NCBI GenBank assembly: GCA_041158505.1
Contig: JBEBBG010000009.1
Location: forward strand, 5,157-69,156
Direction: 5' to 3'
DNA length: 64,000 nucleotides
Origin: Candidatus Parcubacteria bacterium
GTDB taxonomy: Bacteria; Patescibacteriota; Minisyncoccia; Phycocordibacterales; JAACPR01
Below are positions 46,904 to 54,644 of the stretch, one piece after another. The notes beneath the pieces were generated by a model. That model ran no database searches. It was not told the DNA's origin and was given only the letters and a program-made list of their open reading frames with translations. The translations under genes and the position numbers were made by a program. The first letter of the stretch is position 1. Each line of letters starts with the position of its first letter.

Positions 46904-48466
46904 ATGTCTGAGATTAAAACATTTAAATTTGATAGCAAAAATTTCGATGAAATTCGGGCGTACAAATTTGGTACAAATTGGCCCGTGGTTTACCTCATTG
47001 AGGATGGAAAAGAAATCTATGTAGGAGAGACCGTAAATGCATACCAGCGGAGTAAGCAGCACTTAGAAAACGCCGCTCGTGCGCGTCTTAAACGCATTCA
47101 CATTATCGGTGACGAAGAGTACAACAAATCAGCAACTCTCGATACAGAATCGTGGCTTATTCAGTACATGTCTGCTGAAGAAAAGTTTGTACTTCAAAAT
47201 GGAAACCGGGGCCTCAAAAATCACAGCTACTTTGATCGTGAAAAATATAGAGCAAAATTCGAACGAACATGGCAAAAGTTAAAAGAGATGGCCATCGTCC
47301 AAAAAGATTTAGTGCAGATTCGCAACAGCGACATTTTTAAATATTCTCCATATAAAGCACTGACGCAAGATCAAATGCTTGTTGTGCGAAAAATTGTAAA
47401 GCACCTTATTTTACAAAAAGAGCACACGTTTATCATTAATGGAAAGCCAGGAACAGGGAAAACAATCCTTGCTGTCTATCTCATAAAATACCTAAAAGAA
47501 CGAGAGGAAACAAAGCATTTAAATGTTGCCCTTGTGGTACCCATGACCTCACTTCGAAAAACAATTCAGAAGGTTTTCCGAAAAGTTTCTGGGCTCAGTT
47601 CTAGTATGGTAATTGGTCCAAACGACGTCACCAGCAAACAGTACGATTTACTTATTGTTGATGAGGCGCACCGATTGCGCAGGCGTGTGAATATCACAAA
47701 TTTTCGTTCGTTTGATACAACTAATAAAAAACTTGGTTTTACAAATGAAGGTACTGAGCTTGATTGGGTTTTGCGCTCGGCAAAAAATCACATTTTATTT
47801 TACGACAAAAACCAGAGCGTTCGCCCCTCAGACATACCCCATGCCCGTTTCGACGCATTAGAAGCAACTCACTTTGAACTAGAGAGTCAGTTGCGAGTAG
47901 AAGGCGGGGAAGAGTATGTAACTTTCATTGATAATCTTTTTGACACAGCTGTACAAAACAAAATAGCTATCAAAAACTATGATTTTAAGTTGTATACGAA
48001 CATTGTTCAGATGGTTGAGGATATAAAGCAAAAAGATAAGGAGTTTGGTTTGTCTCGAATGGTTGCCGGTTATGCGTGGAACTGGAACACAAAACGCGGC
48101 GGAGAATATGACATTGATATCGACGGACTAAAACTTACGTGGAATAGTAGCGCAAGCGACTGGGTAAATTCACCGAATGCACTGAATGAAGTTGGTTGTA
48201 TTCACACAGTGCAAGGATACGATCTTAACTATACCGGCGTAATTATTGGACCAGAAATTTTTTACAATAAAGAAATTAGAAAGATTTGCGTAAGTCCGCA
48301 AAAATATAAGGACATCAACGGCAAGCGCTCAGTCTCTGATCCCGAAGAATTAACTCGATACGTCATCAATATTTATAAAACATTAATGACTCGGGGTATT
48401 AAAGGGACGTACGTATACATTGTGGACCGAGATTTACGAGAATATATAGAATCTCAGCTTGTCTAG
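46904..48466 (+). CDS. GIY-YIG nuclease + DUF2075 (Schlafen group 3-like) helicase fusion
   Basis: WPVVYLI...IYVGET...R..QH (GIY-YIG); Walker A GKPGTGKT; Walker B IVDEAHRL; VGCIHTVQGYDLNY; YKTLMTRG. Confidence 0.88.
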   Translation: MSEIKTFKFDSKNFDEIRAYKFGTNWPVVYLIEDGKEIYVGETVNAYQRSKQHLENAARARLKRIHIIGDEEYNKSATLDTESWLIQYMSAEEKFVLQNGNRGLKNHSYFDREKYRAKFERTWQKLKEMAIVQKDLVQIRNSDIFKYSPYKALTQDQMLVVRKIVKHLILQKEHTFIINGKPGTGKTILAVYLIKYLKEREETKHLNVALVVPMTSLRKTIQKVFRKVSGLSSSMVIGPNDVTSKQYDLLIVDEAHRLRRRVNITNFRSFDTTNKKLGFTNEGTELDWVLRSAKNHILFYDKNQSVRPSDIPHARFDALEATHFELESQLRVEGGEEYVTFIDNLFDTAVQNKIAIKNYDFKLYTNIVQMVEDIKQKDKEFGLSRMVAGYAWNWNTKRGGEYDIDIDGLKLTWNSSASDWVNSPNALNEVGCIHTVQGYDLNYTGVIIGPEIFYNKEIRKICVSPQKYKDINGKRSVSDPEELTRYVINIYKTLMTRGIKGTYVYIVDRDLREYIESQLV

Positions 48467-48505
48467 TACTGTTTTTAATTTTAGTTCTACAAAAATATTT
48501 ATTTA

Positions 48506-48533
48506 TTGAAATTTCACATAAATGTGGTATAGT
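48506..48533 (+). promoter_or_regulatory. Promoter of hicBA-like pair with palindrome in spacer
   Basis: TTGAAA-16-TATAGT; CACAT-AA-ATGTG at 48515-48526. Confidence 0.5.
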
Positions 48534-48542
48534 GCTTGTACT

Positions 48543-48815
48543 ATGAATGAGCAAGATGTACGGGCCGCGTTGAAAGCCTTTTTGGGCGACAAAATTCTTA
48601 CGTTTACCGTTGAGGACCACCCGAACGGTGAATGGTCTGCAATCTGTAATGAAATTCCAGCAATTATTACAGGAGGAGATGCCCAAGATCGTAATGAAAA
48701 AGAGGCGCTTATGCGTGATGCTATTTTTACAGCAGCGGGTATCCCAAAAGCATTTTGTAATGACGCGCTCTTGCGCGATGCGTCACTCCAGGTTGCAGCG
48801 TATGCAGTTTCATAA
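48543..48815 (+). CDS. HicB-like antitoxin (short)
   Basis: FTVEDHPNGEWSAICNEIPAIITGG...EALMRDAI resembles the HicB N-terminal partial RNase H fold. Confidence 0.6.
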   Translation: MNEQDVRAALKAFLGDKILTFTVEDHPNGEWSAICNEIPAIITGGDAQDRNEKEALMRDAIFTAAGIPKAFCNDALLRDASLQVAAYAVS

Positions 48816-49143
48816 TCGCCACTCACATCAAGCAATCACACTTGAATACGGCGGTTTAGTTGATAGATTAAAAAATACTAAGCAAAAAGACTGGATTAAA
48901 GCATGCCGTTCTCTCGGCTTGGTTGTGCAGGAAGACAGAGGAAAAGGAAGCCACTGTCGAGTTGTCCGAAGTGAAGATTGCAATCCATCGGAACCAGATT
49001 GTTTAGTGATGACTATTCCCAGAACACAGCTCTCGGCAAACCAACGAGCGCACGTTAAGCAATTAGTAGCATTCGGTCTTGCATATGATCGATACACCGA
49101 AAAAGATGTCTGGGAAGCATTGGGAATTAAGATTAAGCACTAA
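48802..49143 (+). CDS. HicA-like toxin
   Basis: WIKACRSLGLVV...GKGSH..V...TIP, matching the HicA GSH motif; ATG 48802 overlaps the upstream stop. Confidence 0.65.
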   Translation: MQFHNRHSHQAITLEYGGLVDRLKNTKQKDWIKACRSLGLVVQEDRGKGSHCRVVRSEDCNPSEPDCLVMTIPRTQLSANQRAHVKQLVAFGLAYDRYTEKDVWEALGIKIKH

Positions 49144-49183
49144 CTACGCATGTTCAGCAGCCAAATGCTATACTTACCCCAAC

Positions 49184-50005
49184 ATGCATAAACACATCAC
49201 CCACACAGCGTTACTCCTCGCTCTATTATGTACCAGCATCAGCGCACAACCAGCACACGCCGCAACAGAGGCACCACTTCCTGAAGTTGTGGCAAATGCA
49301 ACGTTTGCCATTGTAGATGGGCGAGATTTAAGGCCGCTACCAACCAACACTGTTTTCTATAAAAACGATAGCATCAATGTGTCGCTCGATTTGGTGACAC
49401 CACACGAGAAGGTTCAGGTGGAATACTTTTTGGTAAACGCAAAGGGTAACAAGAAGGTGAAGCTCAATCCAAAACCAAAAAAGATAACACTCGAAGAAAA
49501 TTCACAGGGATGGGGTATCGGCCAAATCGTTACTCAGGAACCAGGGACGTACTACTTTTTGGTAGACATGAAAGTAGGAAAGAAAACCTACAAGCTTAAA
49601 ACGCAGCCGTTTGTGGTGAAAGCGACAACGGCAGCCGCAGCTGACGCAGCAATTCCTGAAGACCTTAGCATCGCCCTTATACCGTTGGAATTCTCGCAGA
49701 CATCCGCAGATCGTGAGTACCGCCTTAGCTTTACTGCACCAGCAAGTCGGCGAACAAACGACCTGACTGGCGCACTCCATGTGACCTGCTCACAAAAAAT
49801 TACCCTATACGAAAAGGGAGGTAGCACGACGTGTGACAAGAAAAAGCGAATGGTCTATGCATCGCTCAATAACTTAGATGCGAACTTTCTCGTCGATGCC
49901 GATGACCTGCAAAAGCCAGTAGAAATCAAAGCTGAGTTTATCCTCAAGAATGCAAAGAATAAAACAGTCGCGAAGCTCAAAGACTCACTCTACGCGGCTT
50001 TGTAG
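49184..50005 (+). CDS. Secreted Lys-rich beta-sandwich protein
   Basis: Signal peptide ending AHA; PGTYYF Ig-like motif; TGcTATACT 9 nt upstream. Confidence 0.75.
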   Translation: MHKHITHTALLLALLCTSISAQPAHAATEAPLPEVVANATFAIVDGRDLRPLPTNTVFYKNDSINVSLDLVTPHEKVQVEYFLVNAKGNKKVKLNPKPKKITLEENSQGWGIGQIVTQEPGTYYFLVDMKVGKKTYKLKTQPFVVKATTAAAADAAIPEDLSIALIPLEFSQTSADREYRLSFTAPASRRTNDLTGALHVTCSQKITLYEKGGSTTCDKKKRMVYASLNNLDANFLVDADDLQKPVEIKAEFILKNAKNKTVAKLKDSLYAAL

Positions 50006-50118
50006 GCGACCCAAGCACCACGGTTCGGTAAGTCGGCATAATTGACACCACTCCCACGACCCGTACTATAGACGCAAATAGAAAGGATGGGGCATAAAGC
50101 CCTTTTTGATTGACAGTT

Positions 50119-50667
50119 ATGGAAAAGCTCATTGTTATGGCGTTGTTTGCGCGTGGCGGTTTTTCGGAGCAGTTGGTCACCCAATTTGGTCAGATTATTT
50201 TCTCATGGAACATCTCGCGTTCCAGAAGGAAGGAAGTGTTTCTCACCGGCGAAGTCGTCGGAGGAGACTACATGACCAATGCGCGTGATCGTGGTCCGGA
50301 GCTGCTGCCGATGGCAAAGTTTGAAGCTGACATTCCACGCGCCTGCATGCAAGGACCGGAAGCGTTCACCAAGAGCGTGACGCATCTGATGACCGCACAC
50401 CTCGCCTGTGCACGGTTTAGCGCTGGAGGAACAGTTCGGGTAGGCCCACAGCTTGGCGGAGTATCGTTTGGAGGCATTCGCCCTGTACTCGTACAAGCGA
50501 CATTTCTCGGGCAAACCATCGTCCTGATGCCGGACAAACCTGAGGAAGCCCCCGGCTCTCCCAACGAAAAACCCGCCTCCGCAGAGGCCGAGCAACCCAA
50601 CGGCGAGAGCCCAATTGACACCAACAACCCCGTTGTCCGCAATATCCTCACAGTGCCTGGCGGCTAA
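50119..50667 (+). CDS. Hypothetical protein
   Basis: ORF downstream of TTGACA-16-TACTAT (50042-50069); no recognised motif. Confidence 0.5.
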   Translation: MEKLIVMALFARGGFSEQLVTQFGQIIFSWNISRSRRKEVFLTGEVVGGDYMTNARDRGPELLPMAKFEADIPRACMQGPEAFTKSVTHLMTAHLACARFSAGGTVRVGPQLGGVSFGGIRPVLVQATFLGQTIVLMPDKPEEAPGSPNEKPASAEAEQPNGESPIDTNNPVVRNILTVPGG

Positions 50668-50792
50668 AAGCCATTGGCGCCGCGAGGACATTTTCTTTTG
50701 ACTTTTTACTCGTTTTGTTGTATTGTGCTATACGAAATACAGTGCGCGGCATGGTGCCAAACACTGCAAACCTCAAACCCGTTCTCTCACCA

Positions 50793-51635
50793 ATGAAAAT
50801 TCGTTTCACTCTCTGGGCCCTGATGGGCCTTGTCCTCCTGATTGCTCTCGTGCTGCTGAAGCGCGACCTTGCCACCGATCTGTCGGCGGGCAAACGTGCC
50901 ACAGTCGTCGCCCTCTTTGCGATGTGCACTGCGGTGTCAGCATACGGTGCGGTTCACTTTGGACTGCGCCGTGCGTACCAAAACATGCATCAGCCGTTAC
51001 CACCACAGGTAGTGATTGCGTTTCTGCTCTTCTATGCAGTGACTATCGCTGTGTTTGTGGCGGCCGTCGAAACCGGCCAGCACCAGATTCTGAAATTGCT
51101 CTTGTTGACCAACCTGAGCATGTTTGGAACGTCTGCCCTCTACTCAGGGCTTATCGTCTGGTTGCTGCGCAAGCAGCGGCTGGAAGTGCCCATGCTCACG
51201 CAACTGCGTGAGCGGTACGGCAATGTCCTCATGCTCGACAGCGAGGACATCACCAGGGCAACGTCTCGCAGCACGATGGTACACCGGAGCATTCACCCAG
51301 ACATATCGTTTCCCGCTAATTCTTTTTGGGAGAAGGAAGGGTACATCCTCAAGAACGTGCCGTGGGATACATTGGACATTCCGCGTCTAATTCTGGACTA
51401 CTGCATGTTTCTGGCCTTTACCGGCGAGACCATCCAGAAGGATGGAGCAAACAGAAACCCAGTGACGAATGCCGCAACGGAGTTCGTCACGTACAACGAC
51501 AGCACCGCCGAAGCAACCTTACACAGGCTCTGCTTCTCGACCACAAAGGATGGTTCCTGCACGATCTTCATCGTGAAGACTTGCTCTGTGGAAATCCTCG
51601 GAACGCCGGTTCGTACGTTTGTGAGCGCTCTGTGA
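50793..51635 (+). CDS. Hypothetical membrane protein (about four TMs + soluble C-terminus)
   Basis: Hydrophobic segments; TTGACT-17-TATTGT promoter at 50698-50726; terminator downstream. Confidence 0.6.
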   Translation: MKIRFTLWALMGLVLLIALVLLKRDLATDLSAGKRATVVALFAMCTAVSAYGAVHFGLRRAYQNMHQPLPPQVVIAFLLFYAVTIAVFVAAVETGQHQILKLLLLTNLSMFGTSALYSGLIVWLLRKQRLEVPMLTQLRERYGNVLMLDSEDITRATSRSTMVHRSIHPDISFPANSFWEKEGYILKNVPWDTLDIPRLILDYCMFLAFTGETIQKDGANRNPVTNAATEFVTYNDSTAEATLHRLCFSTTKDGSCTIFIVKTCSVEILGTPVRTFVSAL

Positions 51636-51669
51636 ACGAACTCCGTGGCACCGACAAGGTTCCACGCCC

Positions 51670-51699
51670 GTCCCGCCACCCAGCGGGACATTTTCTTTT
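51670..51699 (+). terminator. Intrinsic terminator
   Basis: GTCCCGC-CACCCA-GCGGGAC followed by ATTTTCTTTT. Confidence 0.7.
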
Positions 51700-51711
51700 A
51701 TTGAATTAAAG

Positions 51712-52350
51712 CTACAGCGCACACGCACCATCTGCCCACAATCCTTGCTGTGCGGCACGAGCAGCCTCCTCGGCTCGCACAAATGCATCTTGATACTGGT
51801 AGGGCACTGCATCGTCATAGGTGTACTCGTACGCGTACCCGTGGGCGATCATCAATTCATTCAAAGAGCTACTGCTATTTTCTAAAAACACATACGCGAG
51901 CGTCCGATCATATGCGTCAGTCATGCCTTGCGATTCATCAAAAACAAGCGTGACCACGTGTCCTTCTGCACGTGCCTGCAAGTACACTGCCGCCTCCTTT
52001 CCAAAGCACTCCACGGGCTTAGTAGGGTGTACCGACTCGGGCGTATCAATGCCAATGAGCCGTACCCGCGTCTGTTCTCCTTCACGAGCCGCAATCAATG
52101 TGTCACCATCAACCACACGAAGTACGTACCACTGATCAGGCGCAAGGGGAGGAAGAGCCGCTGCGGTCGTGTCCGATGAAGCAATTTGCTCACCTGCACG
52201 TTCTTCCGCGCGCACAGCAGTATCCAACGTAGTACTAAGGAATGCTTCAAACTCAGATTCTGCACCAAGCACACTCGCAACAACACCCGCCGCAACCAAG
52301 AGTACTGCAGCGATGACGGCTTTTACTTTAGGTGATCCAGTTATACCCAT
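51712..52350 (-). CDS. Thermonuclease (SNase) family exported nuclease
   Basis: RVVDGDT, VRLIGIDTPE, DAYDRTLAYV, ARAAQQGLW; N-terminal anchor. Confidence 0.93.
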   Translation of the reverse strand: MGITGSPKVKAVIAAVLLVAAGVVASVLGAESEFEAFLSTTLDTAVRAEERAGEQIASSDTTAAALPPLAPDQWYVLRVVDGDTLIAAREGEQTRVRLIGIDTPESVHPTKPVECFGKEAAVYLQARAEGHVVTLVFDESQGMTDAYDRTLAYVFLENSSSSLNELMIAHGYAYEYTYDDAVPYQYQDAFVRAEEAARAAQQGLWADGACAL

Positions 52351-52403
52351 GCAGCCATTCTACTACGAGCGCGGCAGACATCGATGCACGGTATACTAGG
52401 GCA

Positions 52404-53510
52404 ATGAAAAAGCGCCCGATCGACATGCCGCTCCTCGTCTTTGTGAGCATTTTGGTGATTGCGGGTTTTATCATCTTTCTTTCTGCAGCGCTTGGCATTA
52501 CCGCAAGCAGCCAAACTAAGTACTCGTCAATTGTCTTTAATCAGCTCGTCCTTGGGCTCATCTGTGGTGGTGGCGCGGCACTCGCAGCTGCGTACCTGCC
52601 ATACATGCACTGGCGCAAATGGTCATTCTGGATGTTTATTGCCTCAATTATTGTCACGCTTGCCGTTTTTATACCAGGGCTTGGTATGGAAGCCGGTGGC
52701 GCAACGCGCTGGTTGCGGCTTGGCCCTATTTCATTTCAGCCATCTGAATTTCTAAAAATTGCATTCGTGCTGTACTTTGCAACATGGATTTCAATGGTAG
52801 GGAAAAAGGGAATTAAAACCTGGAAGTTTGGGTTTTTGCCGTTTGTTATTTTGGCAACAGTGCTCTCCGTCGTCATGCTTGCACAACCAGACACCGACAC
52901 ACTCGTCATTATGCTCGTTGCAGGTGCAGCAATGTACTTTGTGGCAGGCGGCCCAATCAAACACTTCCTCATTCTTGGACTCGTTGGCGTTATCGGTCTT
53001 TCGTTACTGATTCTGTCACGCCCATACCTCATGGACCGTATCATGACCTTCGTCCATCCAACCCAAGCAGACGAACAAGGATCTGGATACCAAATCAGAC
53101 AGTCACTAATTGCAATCGGCTCAGGTGGTTTTGCAGGGCGCGGCTTCGGACAGAGCCTACAGAAGTTTAACTACCTGCCAGAACCAATTGGCGACTCAAT
53201 TTACGCAGTGGCAGCAGAAGAGTTTGGCTTCCTTGGTGCATGTGGGCTGATTATCTTGTTCTTTCTCTTTGCCTGGCGTGGCCTCAAAATTGCCTCCAGG
53301 GTACCCGACACCTTTGGTGGACTAGTCGCCGTTGGCCTTGTTATACTCATTACTACCCAGTCCTTTTGGAACATTGCGGCCATGCTTGGCGTTATCCCGC
53401 TATCGGGGCTACCGCTGCTCTTTGTGAGTCATGGAGGTACCGCACTGTTCTTTACGCTCGTTGCCACGGGTATTTTGCTCAACATTTCCAGGTATCAGAA
53501 AACACCGTAA
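52404..53510 (+). CDS. ftsW: FtsW/RodA SEDS peptidoglycan polymerase
   Basis: GATRW, FQPSEFLK, QPD, GYQ..QS..AIGSGG, YLPE, PLSGLPLLFVSHGG; directly upstream of murG. Confidence 0.92.
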   Translation: MKKRPIDMPLLVFVSILVIAGFIIFLSAALGITASSQTKYSSIVFNQLVLGLICGGGAALAAAYLPYMHWRKWSFWMFIASIIVTLAVFIPGLGMEAGGATRWLRLGPISFQPSEFLKIAFVLYFATWISMVGKKGIKTWKFGFLPFVILATVLSVVMLAQPDTDTLVIMLVAGAAMYFVAGGPIKHFLILGLVGVIGLSLLILSRPYLMDRIMTFVHPTQADEQGSGYQIRQSLIAIGSGGFAGRGFGQSLQKFNYLPEPIGDSIYAVAAEEFGFLGACGLIILFFLFAWRGLKIASRVPDTFGGLVAVGLVILITTQSFWNIAAMLGVIPLSGLPLLFVSHGGTALFFTLVATGILLNISRYQKTP

Positions 53511-53513
53511 CGT

Positions 53514-54644
53514 ATGAAGATTATTTTTACAGGAGGAGGCACCGGCGGACACTTCTATCCGATTATTGCTATTTCGCAAGAAATTAGAAATATCGTCAAG
53601 GAACAGAAATTGCTCGAACCAAAACTCTACTTCCTTGCGCCACACCCATACAGTCCAGGACTTCTCTACGACAATGGCATTGAGTACAAGCGCGTGTATG
53701 CCGGTAAGGTACGCACCTACGCCTCACCGCTCAATTTCTTCGACAAGTTCAAGACGTTTGCCGGTATCCTCAAAGCAATGTGGACGGTCTTTTGGATTTT
53801 CCCAGACGTCATCGTTAGTAAGGGAGGGTTTGGTAGTTTTCCAGTAACGGTTGCTGCACGCATCCTTCGTATTCCACTCATCATTCATGAATCAGATAGT
53901 GCACCAGGGCGCGCAAACGCGTGGGCAGGGAAATTTGCACAAAAGATCGCCGTCTCATATGCGGATGCAGGACAGTATTTTACACATCGTGACAGAGTTG
54001 CATGGACAGGTAATCCGATTCGTGAAGAGATCAAGCACAAAGCAGTTGAGGGAGGGTACGAATTCCTCGAGCTCGAAAGTAAGCGCAAAACAATTCTCGT
54101 ACTTGGTGGTTCACTCGGTGCAAAACGAATCAATGATGCCATCCTCGATGTTCTTCCAGACCTTCTCGAAACCTACCAGATAGTACACCAAACAGGTAAG
54201 CAGCATTTTGATGAAGTGACAAAAACAGCCGCATTCCTCGTCCCCGAGCAAGAAAAGCAGGCTCGGTACAAAGCCTTCCCATATCTTAACGATGTTGCCA
54301 TGCGCGTTTCTGCAGGTATTGCAGATCTCATTATCACACGCGCAGGTTCAACGCTCTTTGAAGTTGCAAACTGGGGCGTGCCAGCAATTGTTATCCCCAT
54401 TACAGACTCAAACGGCGACCACCAGCGTAAAAATGCATTCGCGTACGCTCGCGCCGGAGCAGGTACCGTCATTGAAGAAAACAACCTCACCCCGACAGTT
54501 CTCAAACAAGAAATTACCCGTATACTAGAGGACCCTTCGGTAGTTGAGGCAATGCAGCAGGGCGCTGGAACATTCGCTAAACCAGAAGCGGCACGCACCA
54601 TTGCAGAAGCAGTTATGAGCACTATTCTACGACACGAAAAATGA
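53514..54644 (+). CDS. murG: UDP-GlcNAc:lipid I transferase
   Basis: TGGGTGGHFYP, HESD..PG.AN, GNPIR, GGSLGA, HQRKNA. Confidence 0.96.
   Translation: MKIIFTGGGTGGHFYPIIAISQEIRNIVKEQKLLEPKLYFLAPHPYSPGLLYDNGIEYKRVYAGKVRTYASPLNFFDKFKTFAGILKAMWTVFWIFPDVIVSKGGFGSFPVTVAARILRIPLIIHESDSAPGRANAWAGKFAQKIAVSYADAGQYFTHRDRVAWTGNPIREEIKHKAVEGGYEFLELESKRKTILVLGGSLGAKRINDAILDVLPDLLETYQIVHQTGKQHFDEVTKTAAFLVPEQEKQARYKAFPYLNDVAMRVSAGIADLIITRAGSTLFEVANWGVPAIVIPITDSNGDHQRKNAFAYARAGAGTVIEENNLTPTVLKQEITRILEDPSVVEAMQQGAGTFAKPEAARTIAEAVMSTILRHEK

Noticed and set aside
48610-48801. 177-aa version of the HicA-like ORF
   Set aside because: Extra part lies inside the HicB-like gene; ATG 48802 gives a normal coupled start.
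50645-50690. Imperfect hairpin more stable on the bottom strand, attC-like
   Set aside because: No RYYYAAC/GTTRRRY ends and no integron integrase; followed by a T-tract, so more likely a terminator.
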